From an uncultured Chloroflexia bacterium (lineage in GTDB: Bacteria; Chloroflexota; Anaerolineae; Promineifilales; UBA4811): a stretch of 64,000 nt of DNA. The notes below the pieces were generated by a model. The model was given only the letters and a program-made list of their open reading frames with translations, ran no database searches and had not been told where the DNA came from. Every line of letters begins with the position of its first letter. The stretch's first letter is position 1. Shown piece by piece: positions 30,361 through 41,138 of the stretch. The translations under genes were made by a program, and so were the position numbers. Where the stretch lies: assembly GCA_963695825.1 (NCBI GenBank), contig CAVOHX010000031.1, positions 19,538 to 83,537 on the forward strand, in the 5' to 3' direction.

Positions 30361-30525
30361 TTTCGTTGCCTCCTGTGTTGCCAGGCCTCTCTGACCATAC
30401 GCATTGGAGAGAGACCAGAGCGCTTTCTGCCAATGAGACGTTAGATGGCCTCGCACAGTTCCAAGGGGGTAGCTCCAGCGCCGTGTTGCGGCCGCCAGCC
30501 TGGCAACCCGCCTCCGCGCCTGCCT

Positions 30526-30564
30526 TTGTGCCTGGCGTCACGCGGTGGTAGAATCTGACGCCAG
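30526..30564 (+). promoter_or_regulatory. Promoter with extended -10, bracketed by a perfect 9-bp inverted repeat (possible operator)
   Basis: TTGTGC (30526-30531), 17-nt spacer ending in TGG, TAGAAT (30549-30554). The inverted repeat ctggcgtca (30532-30540) / tgacgccag (30556-30564) flanks the -10 element. Confidence 0.4.
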
Positions 30565-30594
30565 ATGTGACTCATCAACCGACGAGGTGCAGGT

Positions 30595-31248
30595 ATGCCG
30601 GATGAACAAAGAGGGTGGACGGTGCTGTTGTTGCATGGTTTTGCCTCCTCTGCGGGTTCCAACAAGGCGCGCTTTTTTCGGGAGAGGTTCAAGGTTTGCC
30701 CCGAGGTTGCATTCTTGGCGCCGGATTTTAACCCCACGCCGCGCGATTTCGAATACTTGACGGTCACCGGCATGATCAGCCGGTTGCGCCAGTACTGTCT
30801 CGACCGCCGATTAAAGGACGTTCGCCTGATCGGTAGTTCGATGGGTGGGCTGGTGGGGGTGCACTATGCGCTTCGCTTTGGCGGCGTGTCCAGAATGCTG
30901 CTGCTGGCCCCGGCGCTCCGGTATGGACCCAGGGGGTTGGCCCATGACGCCCGAGAGGCGTGGCAGCGCGACGGGTTCAGTTTGGTGCCCCACTATGGAT
31001 TTGAGCGCGAGATTCCGCTTCGCTATGATCTAGAGGTGGACGGGCAATTCTATGCCGAAATGGTTCCACCGGCCTGTCCCACGCACATCATCCACGGCCG
31101 TCACGATCAAGTTGTGCCGATTGGGGACAGCCGGGCGTATGCATCCGCTCACAACCAGGTCAGCCTGCTCGAGATCGAGGCGGGGCACCAGATCAATGAT
31201 CACCTGGAGCTGATCTGGGAGACCGTGCAGTCCTGGTTGCTGGTCTGA
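30595..31248 (+). CDS. YqiA/YcfP-type alpha/beta-fold esterase
   Basis: LLLHGFASSAGSNKA followed by the nucleophile elbow GSSMGG; 217 aa, similar in layout to E. coli YqiA. Confidence 0.7.
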   Translation: MPDEQRGWTVLLLHGFASSAGSNKARFFRERFKVCPEVAFLAPDFNPTPRDFEYLTVTGMISRLRQYCLDRRLKDVRLIGSSMGGLVGVHYALRFGGVSRMLLLAPALRYGPRGLAHDAREAWQRDGFSLVPHYGFEREIPLRYDLEVDGQFYAEMVPPACPTHIIHGRHDQVVPIGDSRAYASAHNQVSLLEIEAGHQINDHLELIWETVQSWLLV

Positions 31249-31249
31249 A

Positions 31250-31768
31250 ATGCCGATCTTGCCGGACGTCCTGGCGCCGGGTTTGCGGATTGTCTTTTGT
31301 GGCACTGCCGCCAGCCGCCGCTCGGCGCAGGTAGGGGCCTATTACGGGCACAGGGGGAATCGTTTCTGGGAGACACTACATCAGGCTGGTTTCACCCCGA
31401 TGCAGTTGGCGCCGCGGAAATTCCTGCGGGTGCTCGAGTTTGGCATTGGGCTGACCGATCTGAACCAGGCGCAAAGCGGTGTGGACAGCGAGTTGAACCC
31501 GGCCGCTTTTGACGTCGATGGGTTGGCGGCCAAAGTTATTCGTTACCGGCCGCGGGTCCTGGCCTTTACCAGCAAGAACGCGGCACGTTGGTTTCAGCCG
31601 GGTCCCAAGGTAGAGTACGGCCGGCAGCCCTGGAACATCGGCGAGTCGGTTGTGTGGGTACTGCCCAGTACCTCTGGCAGCGCCCGGCCGCATTGGCCGA
31701 GGCTGAAGCATCACTGGTACGAGCTGGGGGAGCGTTTCCGCTCTGGCAGGTTCGAGCCAGCAGGCTAG
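31250..31768 (+). CDS. Uracil-DNA glycosylase superfamily protein (Mug/TDG-like or family-6-like)
   Basis: LAPGLRIVFCG...NRFW...VLPSTSGSAR is colinear with E. coli Mug, but motif 1 reads GTAAS instead of GINPG. Confidence 0.65.
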   Translation: MPILPDVLAPGLRIVFCGTAASRRSAQVGAYYGHRGNRFWETLHQAGFTPMQLAPRKFLRVLEFGIGLTDLNQAQSGVDSELNPAAFDVDGLAAKVIRYRPRVLAFTSKNAARWFQPGPKVEYGRQPWNIGESVVWVLPSTSGSARPHWPRLKHHWYELGERFRSGRFEPAG

Positions 31769-32751
31769 TCGAATAGCCTGAGGTTGGCCTCCATCACGCC
31801 ATCCCAGTCGCCCAGAAAAGCCCACCAGTTGGTCAGCGGCCGGCCGCGGTACTCGATGCCGTTGTTGATTCCGGGCAAGTTCTGCATCCAATAGGTGAAC
31901 CAGGTCAGGCTGTCGCAGTTCCATCGGGTGCAGTTGACGTGCACCTTTTCGCCGCCCCCGTCCGGCCGCCAGTCCTCGATATCGGTCCAGACAAAGGTCT
32001 CGTTGGCCCAGTCGTAATCGCGCACCCCGTTGGGTGGATAGTGGGCCCAGCCGCAGCGCCCCTCGCCCGGCTCGCCGACATACTTTTTCCAAAAGAGGTT
32101 GTAATCGACAAACTTGAGTACCGCCTCGATCTGGTGGATGTGGTTTTCGATGCATTCCGAGGCGCCACGCCCATAGTTATAGTTGTAGACGGTGTAGGTT
32201 TTGCTCAACACCGGTAGGTCGCCGGTGTCGCAATCGCTGTTGCTCACGTCGCCGTGCGGACCGGACATGTTGGATTCCCATATCTTGATGACCCCGCCAT
32301 GGTAGCCCCACATCCAGACCTCTTTGACCCCTCGCTCCTCGACCCAGTGGCGGATGTCGATGCGCTCCATGATGGCGTTATAGTCGGCCATGGGTTCGTT
32401 GTGACCTGGCTTGTCATAGGTGGGCATGGGTTCCAGGAATTCGACGGTGTCCAGCACCCGATAGCGCAAAGCGGGGATAGCCTCCGGGTCCTTGTACCCG
32501 TGGTAGGTGCTACCGGTCTCCAGTGTCTGGATCACCTTGGCGGTGGCCTTGATCGTATGGCGTCGGATATCCTCCAGCGGCGCGTCCACGTCCCCGGTCG
32601 CGTCGCGGTCGATGCGGCCGTTCTTGACCGGAAAATAGTTGACGATCAGAACCGGGACCTCGAAAGCCTGGTGGGAAGCGTAGGGTGTGCTCCCCGCAAA
32701 GAGCATTCGCAATTGTCGTGCCAGCCAGCGCGTGAACAGGGTCAGTCTCAT
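31765..32751 (-). CDS. Conserved-looking hypothetical protein, 328 aa, Trp/Cys/Tyr-rich, no family recognised
   Basis: Intact ORF with coding-like composition, 30 nt downstream of prmC on the same strand. Its stop overlaps the UDG gene stop through the palindrome CTAG (31765-31768). Confidence 0.6.
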   Translation of the reverse strand: MRLTLFTRWLARQLRMLFAGSTPYASHQAFEVPVLIVNYFPVKNGRIDRDATGDVDAPLEDIRRHTIKATAKVIQTLETGSTYHGYKDPEAIPALRYRVLDTVEFLEPMPTYDKPGHNEPMADYNAIMERIDIRHWVEERGVKEVWMWGYHGGVIKIWESNMSGPHGDVSNSDCDTGDLPVLSKTYTVYNYNYGRGASECIENHIHQIEAVLKFVDYNLFWKKYVGEPGEGRCGWAHYPPNGVRDYDWANETFVWTDIEDWRPDGGGEKVHVNCTRWNCDSLTWFTYWMQNLPGINNGIEYRGRPLTNWWAFLGDWDGVMEANLRLFD

Positions 32752-32781
32752 TGTCTCCTCCTTGGGTTCAGCCGTGCAGCG

Positions 32782-33642
32782 TCACGTTTCTATCACTATG
32801 ATACGATCTCGGCCGCTGTAATCCTGTTCCAGTTGGACGCGAGCCGCCGGGAAACGGTCCAGCGCCAACGCCAACGCGGCCGGCCCCTGGGTCGCGCCGA
32901 TCTCGAGCGCCACCGCGCCCTGCGGGCAGAGCGCCGTCGGGACCTGTTCGAGCAGCGCAGCGATCAACTCCAGACCATTGCTCCCTCCCCACAGCGCGCC
33001 GGTCGGTTCGTAATCCCGCACGCTGACCGGCAGAGCGGGCCATTCGTGGTCAGCCACGTAGGGTAGGTTGGCGACGATCAGGTGGACGGGGTGGGGCAGC
33101 GGCGCCAATAGGTGGCCATGCAGGAAGGTGATGCGGTCGGCGACTCTGTGGCGCGCGGCGTTGCGGGCGGCGACTTTCAGCGCGGCCGCACTGCTGTCGG
33201 TGGCAAAGCAGTGGGTTTCTGGTCGGTTGTCCGATAGCGACACTGCCAGCGCCACAGCGATGCAGCCACTGCCGGTGCCGACGTCGGCGACAAGTAGCTC
33301 GGCCGGCTGATTGGCGACGAGTTTTTGGGCAATGTCTACCAGGTGCTCGGTCTCGGGGCGTGGGATCAGGGTATCCTGGGTGACGTGGAACAACAGGCTG
33401 TAGAATTCGATCTCGCCGGTGAGATAGGGTAGCGGTTCGCCGGCGACCAGCCGATCGATCCCCGCCTGGAATCGGCTGTTATGTTCAGCGCCGACAATGC
33501 GCTCCGGATGGGCCAGCAACTGGCTGCGTGTCAAGCGGCAGACGTGCGCCAGCCAGAGTTGTGCATCGAGGGCGGGTGTGGGGCAGCCCGCTGCGTCCAG
33601 GTGACGAACTGCCGGCGCAAGCAGGGCTCCAATAGTGACCAT
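32782..33642 (-). CDS. prmC: Release-factor glutamine N5-methyltransferase PrmC/HemK
   Basis: SAM motif VADVGTGSGCIAV and substrate motif IVANLPYV (an NPPY variant). It lies directly downstream of prfA. The ATG at 33642 was chosen inside the longer ORF-track frame. Confidence 0.88.
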   Translation of the reverse strand: MVTIGALLAPAVRHLDAAGCPTPALDAQLWLAHVCRLTRSQLLAHPERIVGAEHNSRFQAGIDRLVAGEPLPYLTGEIEFYSLLFHVTQDTLIPRPETEHLVDIAQKLVANQPAELLVADVGTGSGCIAVALAVSLSDNRPETHCFATDSSAAALKVAARNAARHRVADRITFLHGHLLAPLPHPVHLIVANLPYVADHEWPALPVSVRDYEPTGALWGGSNGLELIAALLEQVPTALCPQGAVALEIGATQGPAALALALDRFPAARVQLEQDYSGRDRIIVIET

Positions 33643-33652
33643 CGTTCCGCTA

Positions 33653-34732
33653 TCAGGCGGTGTCCACTGCCGCCAGCCGCTCCGCCTGCTCCTGCGTCGC
33701 CAGTTCGTCGATGAACTCGTCCAACTCGTTTCCCTCCATGAAAGCGGGGAGGTTGTACATCGACTCGCCGATGCGGTGGTCGGTGACCCGGTTCTGGGGA
33801 TAGTTATAGGTGCGGATCTTTTCGCTGCGGTCACCGCTGCCCACCTGGGAGCGCCGCTCGGCGTCGATCTCGGCGTCCTGCTTGCGTTGCTCCATCTCGT
33901 AGAGCCGGGCGCGCAGGACCGCCATGGCCTGCATCTTGTTCTGGGTCTGCGAGCGCTCGTTCTGGCAAAAAACAACCATTCCGGTCGGAAGGTGGGTGAT
34001 GCGGATGGCGGTGGCGTTCTTTTGCATGTGCTGCCCGCCGGGCCCGGCCGCCATGGTGGCCACGATCTCTAGATCCTTGGAGTCGATGTTTATTTCCACA
34101 TCGTCAACCTCGGGCATCACGGCGACGGTGGCGGTCGAAGTGTGGATGCGCCCCTGGGATTCGGTGATCGGCACCCGTTGGACCCGGTGCACCCCGCTCT
34201 CGTACTTGAGCCGCGAGTAGGCGCCTTTGCCGTGAATCTGAAAGACTGACCTCTTTGAAACCGCCCACGCCGGTGTCGTTGCTGCTGAGTAACTCGGTTT
34301 TCCACCTGCGGTTTTCGGCATAGCGGGTGTACAGGCGATAGAGGTCGGCGGCAAAGATGCCCGCTTCGTCGCCGCCGGCCCCGGCCCGGATCTCGATGAT
34401 GACGTTGCGATCGTCCCGGGGGTCTTTGGGGACCAGCAGGAGCTTGATGTGGTCAGTCAATCTGTCGAGTTGGCGTTCCAGCCGCTGGATCTCGTCCTCA
34501 GCCATCTCGATCATTTCGGAGGACTCTTCGTCTTGCAGCATTTCGCGAGCGTCGGCCAACTCGGTCTCTACCCGCTTGAGCTCGCGGTAATGCCTCCACA
34601 GACCGGCTCGATATCAGATCGCTCCTGAGCGAATTCAGTTACTTGGAGATAGTCGGCCGCCACCTCTGGGTCCGCCATCAGGCGCTCCAGTTCGTTATAC
34701 CGTTCTTCGACGGCCGCCAATTTCTCGAGCAT
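33653..34732 (-). pseudogene. prfA: Peptide chain release factor 1, two frameshifts as assembled
   Basis: GGQ motif ([17 protein letters not shown]) and an RF1-type tripeptide region ([17 protein letters not shown]). The pieces 33653-34354 and 34104-34559 plus the N-terminus MLEKLAAVEERYNELERLMADPEV starting at 34732 join colinearly. Frame changes are near 34250 and 34600. Confidence 0.9.
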
Positions 34733-34768
34733 AGTGTTCTCCGTCCGATTCGTGTCTATTCAAAGGCG

Positions 34769-34796
34769 ATTATACTGGCTGCAAAAGGCGCGTCAA
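34769..34796 (-). promoter_or_regulatory. Near-consensus sigma-70 promoter for prfA-prmC
   Basis: The minus strand reads TTGACG (34796-34791), a 16-nt spacer, then TATAAT (34774-34769), about 35 nt upstream of the prfA ATG. Confidence 0.55.
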
Positions 34797-34861
34797 GATG
34801 GGAACCTTTATTCACAACCCGGCGTCTTGAGACAAATGAGCAAGCAGAGGGAAGGTGTTCG

Positions 34862-34996
34862 ATGACCGCATTTAAAACCCTGGCAACACTAGTCCTGGTG
34901 GGGATACTCGTTGTGGCGCTGACAACCGGGCCGTCGCCGACGCGGAGACAAGGGTTCACCGGGACCACAATCGCCCCCAGAGTTGCGGGCGCCTGA
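34862..34996 (+). CDS. Possible small hydrophobic/secreted peptide, 44 aa
   Basis: GAGGGAAGG lies about 8 nt upstream of the ATG. The peptide has an N-terminal hydrophobic helix (TLATLVLVGILVVALTTG). It has no homology support and sits in an indel-prone block. Confidence 0.25.
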   Translation: MTAFKTLATLVLVGILVVALTTGPSPTRRQGFTGTTIAPRVAGA

Positions 34997-35111
34997 CGAT
35001 GGCCCGCCCGCCATTCTGGTCTTTTTGACACTGGTTGTCATGCCGCTGGTTGGGCTTGCCAAGCGGATCACGGGTTCAGGATACATTGGGAGAGTTGAGG
35101 AGGAGAGGGAG

Positions 35112-37533
35112 ATGAAGCTCAATCGGTTGTGGCTTGTGATGTTGGTGCTGCTCGCCTGGTTTGGTGGCCGCACCGGGACTGCCGGCCGATGGGATCATTA
35201 TCGTCGAGCCGCCGCCGGACGTGCCGCCGGTGCGGCTGGACGAGGCGCTGACCATCAAGTATCACCGGGTGACGGTGACGATCGACGATCAGGTGGCGAC
35301 GACCCGCGTGGACCAGGTCTTTGTCAACGAGAACCCGTGGACGGCCGAGGGAACGTACATCTTTCCACTGCCCAAGGGGGCAGCCGTAAACGAATTCGTC
35401 ATGTGGGTGGATGGCACGCCGATGACGGGCGAGATTCTGCAGGCCGACGAGGCGCGGCAGATCTACGACGACATTGTGCAGCCGTCTGCGCGACCCGGCT
35501 CTGCTCGAGTACGTCGGCCACGACCTGGTCAAGGCGAGCATCTTTCCCATTCCCGCCCGGCGGAGGAGCGGCGAATCGAGCTGGAATACAGCCAGGTGCT
35601 GCCGGTCGACAATGGGCTGGTGCATTACGTCTATCCCCTGAGCACCGAGAAGTATCTCGGCCCGTCCGCTGGAAGAGGTGACCATCCGGGTCGAGATCGA
35701 GTCGCCGCGATGCTATCAAGGCGGTCTATTCGCCCAGCCACGAGGTCTTCATCGAGCGCGACGAGCGACTATCGCGCGCTGGTGGGGCTGGAGCAGTCGG
35801 ACGTGCTGCCGGACAAGGATTTCGAGCTCTATTACTCGGTCAGCCCGGAGGCGATCGGCTTCAACTTGCTGAGCTTACAAAGAGGCCGGGGAGGACGGCT
35901 TTTTCCTGCTGCTGGCGGCGCCCAACGTCGAGGTCGAACCCCGATGCAGGTGGTCGCCAAGAACGTGATCTTTGTGCTCGACGTGTCGGGCAGCATGGAG
36001 GGCGAAAAGCTGGAGCAGGCCAAGAATGCGGCCGCCTGTTCGTTCTGGAGCATCTGAACTCGGAGGATCGCTTCGACGTCATCGCCTTTAGCACCGGCTT
36101 GCGCAGCTACTAGCCCGAGCCTCGCCGCCGCTCGGCTGGCGACGAGGCGGCCGACTTTGTCGACCGGCTGGAGGCGCTGGGCGGCACCGACATCAACCGG
36201 GCGCTGTTGGAGGCGCTTGAGATGGCAGGCAACGAGCGGCCGACCACCCTCATCTTTTTGACCGACGGGCTGGCGACCGAGGGCGAGGTCGATACGCCCG
36301 ATATCCTGGCGAACGTGGCCAACGCCGCCGGACGCAACGTGCAGCCTCTTTAGCTTTGGGGTCGGCGACGACGTCGACACCGATCTGCTGGACTCGCTGG
36401 CGCTGGACCACGGCGGCACCAGCGCTTACGTCCGGCCCGGACGAGCGGATCGACGAGGCAGGTGAGCGCCTTTTACGCCAAGGTGAGCACCCCGGTGCTG
36501 TCGGACCTGGCGATCGATTTTGGCGGCGTGTCCGGTCGAGCAGCTCTATCCGGAGCGAGGTCGCCCGACCTCTTTGCCGGCATCGCAGCTGGTGCTGGTC
36601 GGGCGCTATCGCGAGGGCGGCCCGGCGCGATCACCCTGACGGGCATGGTGAACGATCAGCGGGTGACGTTTGAGTATCCGGACCAACGTCTGGCGGACGA
36701 GCGGCGGCGATGAGTTCATCCCGCGGCTGTGGGCAACCCGGGCCATCGGCTATTACCTGACGCGCATTCGGCTGGACGGCGAGCAGGCCGAGTGGGTGGA
36801 GACGATCGTCGAGCTGAGCATTCGCTACGGGATCATCACGCCGTACACGTCGTTCCTGATCGACGAGGATGACATCTTTACGCAGACCGGCCGGGAGACG
36901 TTGGCCGATGAGGCGCAGGAAGAGCTCAGCTCTACTACCTTGGACCCTCATCTGGGGCGGAGGCGGTGGAAAAGGCGGCCGAGGCGGGCGAGCTGCGGGA
37001 GATGGAGGCGCCGATGGCGCTGCCGACGATGGTGGCGCCCCGGGAGGGTGGAGAGCCGATCGAGGTGGCGCAAGTGATCAAGTACGTGGGCAGCAAGACG
37101 TTTGTGTTCCGTGACGGGGTCTGGATCGACACGGCCTATGATCCGACTGCCATGGGAGCGGTTCAGGTCGGCTTTATGTCGGACGACTATTTGGACCTGG
37201 TGGCGGCGATCCCGGCGCTGGGCGACTATTTCGCGCTCGGCGAGCGCGTGGTCGCCGTCTACGACGGCGTCGCCTACGAGGTGACTAAAGAGGGTCTACC
37301 GGGGAGCCCGTCGAGATTCCAATCCCATCCACCTCGGAACCGGCCGAGACCCCGGTTTCCACCCGGAGGAGGTAGTTGCGGTTACTCCAGCGACCCAGGT
37401 GGACAGCCCTGAGGACGAGGAACCCCCGGCCGGCGTCTGCCTCGGCGCGATGGCCTTTCCCGGGGTAATCCTGGGGGTGGCCGGGTTCTTTATGGTGCGG
37501 GATCGATCGGCCCGCCGGCAGGAGCGGCTCTGA
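35112..37533 (+). pseudogene. VIT + von Willebrand factor A domain protein with signal peptide and C-terminal TM anchor; many (about 10 or more) frameshifts as assembled
   Basis: VIT-like segment HRVTVTIDDQVATTRVDQVFVNENPWTAEGTYIFPLPKGAAVNEFVMWVDG and VWA MIDAS motif VIFVLDVSGSMEGEKL. Colinear pieces are spread over all three frames. It ends in the hydrophobic helix AMAFPGVILGVAGFFMV, with TGA at 37531-37533. Confidence 0.7.
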
Positions 37534-37549
37534 TATAATTGAGCCGCTT

Positions 37550-39823
37550 ATGAGAGTCGGAGCGAGGACGACAACACGAGCGGTGGGCGCGGCGCTTGGG
37601 GCGTTGCTGCTGGCCTCCCTGGCCTGCACGCTCTCCACAGGCGCCGCGCCCACGCCTACCCCCTCGGCATCGCTCATCCAACCGGCCGCGACCCTTGCAT
37701 CCGGGAACGCCGCTGTCCCCACTGGCGTACCGCAGCCGATCGAGCGTCCCGGCCCGCGCCGGCCTGGCGAGCTATGACCCGGTTCCGGTCGAGGTGGCGC
37801 CCAGCGTGCCGGCCTACACTTTCAGCCTGGCGGCGTTGAGCAATTCGGAAGCGCTCTATCTGCTGTCCGCTGACCAGCAGGCGGCGTTGGAAGCCGACGG
37901 TTTTGTCATTGTTTTTGAAGGGTTCGCCCAGATCTACCAGGTGTACCAGGCGGCCGACCGGCGCGGTCTGCCCAGCTTTGTGACCGTCGATGCGCTATTG
38001 CACGCTTTCCACATCCTGTTCAACTGGAGTTTGCGGTCTGTGGAGGCGGATTTTTTATCCGGTGAACTGGAGGCGTTGAGCGAGACGATGGTCGCGGCCG
38101 CCAGCGCCCAATATCAAGAGTTGACCGGTGAATTTCAGGCGGCCGCGGAGCAGAATCTGGCCTTTTTCAGCGTGGGCGCGCTGTTGCTGCGGCCCGATTT
38201 CCCGCCACCCGAGGCCGTGGCGCGGGTGGTGAGGGAAGAGGTGACGCTGATCTCGGCCCACGACGGGGTTTACATTTCGCCCCTACGGGGTCAGCCCGAG
38301 GACTATACCCAGTACGCGCCGCGCGGCCATTACACTCGCAACGAATTGCTGGAGCGCTATTTCCAGGCGATGACCTGGTACGGCCGGGCAGGTTTTCGCC
38401 TTGAGACTCCCGAGGATCCGGCCGTCGCCCGGCGAGAGACCCGGCAAGCGCTGCTGATACTGACTGCCTTGTATCAAGCCGAACTGGACGGCGCCCCGGC
38501 TCGCGAGAGTTGGGCACGCATCTACGAGCCGACCAGCTTTTTCGTCGAGGGGGCTGACGACCTGACGGTCTATGATTACGCCGCGGCCGTCCAGGCGATC
38601 TATGGACGTCTTCCGGCGCCCGATGAAGGGCTGGAACAATGGGGAGCGGCGCTGGACGACGAGGGCAAGCTCTCGGACCTCATGGTCACCCTGGCTACCT
38701 TTCGTGCGCCGCGCATCCTGGGCGGCCCGCTTACCGACGCCGAGGTCGAGGCGAATGGCGGCCCTCCGATGCAGTTCCGGTTCATGGGGCAGCGCTTTGT
38801 GCCCGACAGCGCGCTGTTTCAAGCGCTGGTGTACAACAGCGTCGGACTCTATCAGGGGGATGGCGAACCGTTCACCCTCTCGCAATCAGAGGTGGGACCG
38901 ATTCGCGGCCTTCCTCGCGGGCTGGATGTCGCGGCCGTGTTTGGCTCAGCCGCAGGCGTTGACCATTTTGGAGAGAGAGGGGGACACGGCCTATGATGGC
39001 TATTTGGAAATGGTGTCCCGGTGGCACGCCGAGTATGCTGCCCTGCCCGTCGAGGGGTGGACTTCGACCTTGTACTGGAACTGGCTCCATGCGTTGCGAC
39101 CGCTCCTGGAAACCAAGGGCGCCGGGTATCCCTCCTTCATGCAGGGAGAGGGGTGGCAGCTCAAGAGCTTGAACTCGTGGCTCGGCTCGTGGGCCGAGCT
39201 GCGACATGACACGCTGCTCTACGCCAAGCAGAGCTATGCGGCCGAGGCAACCGGTGCCGAACTGGAGATCGAGTTGTCCAAGGGGTACGTCGAGCCAGAG
39301 CCCGAGGTATTTGCGCGGCTGGCGGCGCTCGATCGCCAGCTCCTCGATGGGCTCGACGCGCGCGGATTGCTCAACGACGAGTTGCGGGCCAAGCTGCGGG
39401 ACCTGGAGGCGCTGTTGCTGGCGCTCAAGACGGTCTCTGAAAAAGAGTTGCGCGCCGAGCCGCTCTCGGCGGCCGAATATCGGTTGATTCGCGAGATTGG
39501 CGATCGGCTGGCAGAGCTCGACCACCTTTTCGTCCTCGCTGGAGGGCGGGTTGGGCGCCGAGGTGGATGAGCGCATGGCGCTGATCGCCGATGTGCACAC
39601 GGATCCCAACAGCGGCCTGGTGTTACAGGTGGGAGTGGGGGACGCGTTGCCCATCTTTGTGATCGTCTGGGTCGAGGGCGAGCGCACCCTGGCGCTGGGC
39701 GGGGTCTTTAGCTATTACGAGTTCAAACAGCCGCTATCGGAGCGCCTTTCCGACGAGGTCTGGCAGGCGATGGCGCCGCGGCCGCCGCTTCCAGAGTGGC
39801 TGGATTCACTGGTCGTACCCTAA
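37550..39823 (+). pseudogene. DUF3160 domain lipoprotein, three frameshifts as assembled
   Basis: Signal/lipobox LLLASLACT and the motif YTQYAPRGHYT that I remember for DUF3160. The pieces 37550-37777, 37596-38996, 38572-39570 and 39497-39823 are colinear. Confidence 0.7.
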
Positions 39824-39966
39824 CGATCGGGCCTGCCAACCAGACCTCGAGCCCAGTGGCGACGCGGTGGGTCGCGCCCCGGCCGGCGGTTGTGTTTTGT
39901 CCCACTTGTGCTACAATGCCAGCGGTCGTGGAACCCCGTCCAACGACCAGCGACAGGAGGTCAGAA

Positions 39967-40644
39967 ATGGATTTTGGCGAATCATTCACGTTTCCCTTTG
40001 ACGATCAAGAGTGGGTGAAAAAGATCTTGATCGGTGGTCTTGTCATGCTGATTCCCTTTATTGGGCAGTTTGTTGCCGTCGGCTATGCGATGGAGGTGTG
40101 CCGCCGGCTAATCAAGGGGCGTCCGGATCTGTTGCCCGATTGGGATGACTGGGGCACCAAGATCGTGGATGGGCTGGTCTCTTCGGTCATTGGCTTTATC
40201 TGGGCGCTGCCCTTGATGGTTCTGGGCGGCTGTCTGTGGCTCATCATGGTTCCCGTCATGGGCTTTGACGAATCCGGCGACACAGCCGGCGTCCTTTTTG
40301 TGCTGCTCATGGTCTGTTTTGGTCTGATCATGCTGGTGTACGGCCTGCTGTTGGCGTTGGTTCTGCCGGCCTCGATTACCCGCTATGCTGCTACCGGCGA
40401 GTTTGGCGCCGCTTTTCGCTTCGGTGAGGTGATCGGCATGGTGCGTGACAATCTGGGCGTCTACCTGATGGTGCTGGTGATGACCATCGTGGCCCAGATG
40501 ATCGGAGGGATGGGCGGAATCGTGCTGGGCTGCGGCGCGCTCTTTACCGGCTTTTACGCCCAACTGGTGATGTATCATGCCTACGGACAGGCATATCGCA
40601 TCGCGGTTGGGGGCGTCGAGAGCCAGGTGCCGATGGCCTATTAG
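39967..40644 (+). CDS. DUF4013-like multi-pass membrane protein
   Basis: Starts MDFGESFTFPFDDQEWVKKILIGGLVMLIPFIGQFVAVGY, as I remember for DUF4013. AGGAGG lies upstream of the ATG at 39967. Confidence 0.65.
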   Translation: MDFGESFTFPFDDQEWVKKILIGGLVMLIPFIGQFVAVGYAMEVCRRLIKGRPDLLPDWDDWGTKIVDGLVSSVIGFIWALPLMVLGGCLWLIMVPVMGFDESGDTAGVLFVLLMVCFGLIMLVYGLLLALVLPASITRYAATGEFGAAFRFGEVIGMVRDNLGVYLMVLVMTIVAQMIGGMGGIVLGCGALFTGFYAQLVMYHAYGQAYRIAVGGVESQVPMAY

Positions 40645-40727
40645 GCGTGTTGTACTGATCGGACCCCGGCCACACTACCGGTGCGGCCGGGGTCTTGTTT
40701 GATCCGTTGCGAACAGAGGGGGTTGTC

Positions 40728-41108
40728 ATGTACGAGCAGTACCCGACTAAACCAAGCATGGTCCAGGCAATTGCCATCATGTGCCTGGTGGATGGTATCC
40801 TGAACATCATCTGGGGGCTGACCCTGATCCTGGGTCTGCTGGTCAGCCTGGTGGGCATCATCTGCCTGCCGCTTGGCTTTTACCCGATCGTGTTGGGGGT
40901 CATGGAGATCGTCTACGCGGCCCAGTTGCTGTCCAATCCGGTCAAGGTGAGAGAACCGGCCCAGTACCTGGCGATCATGCAGATCGCCAACATTGTCGTG
41001 GGCGATGTGATCTCCCTGGTCATTGGAATCCTGAGTCTGGTCTTGTACAACGACGACCAGGTGAAGGCCTACTTTCAAGCCGCCGAGGCGCAGTATCCAG
41101 GGCGATGA
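40728..41108 (+). CDS. Small 3-4 helix membrane protein of unknown function
   Basis: GAGGGGG lies upstream of the ATG at 40728. The 126-aa ORF is intact and strongly hydrophobic. Confidence 0.5.
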   Translation: MYEQYPTKPSMVQAIAIMCLVDGILNIIWGLTLILGLLVSLVGIICLPLGFYPIVLGVMEIVYAAQLLSNPVKVREPAQYLAIMQIANIVVGDVISLVIGILSLVLYNDDQVKAYFQAAEAQYPGR

Positions 41109-41138
41109 CCCCGGGTTTACGGCATTGAGGAGGGTTAT

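Noticed and set aside
33653-34732. Programmed frameshifting in the release factor gene, by analogy with prfB.
   Set aside because: The protein is RF1-type (P-I-T tripeptide region next to GGQ), not RF2. It has two shifts with no in-frame UGA and SD-like slippery context, and neighbouring genes show the same kind of random indels.
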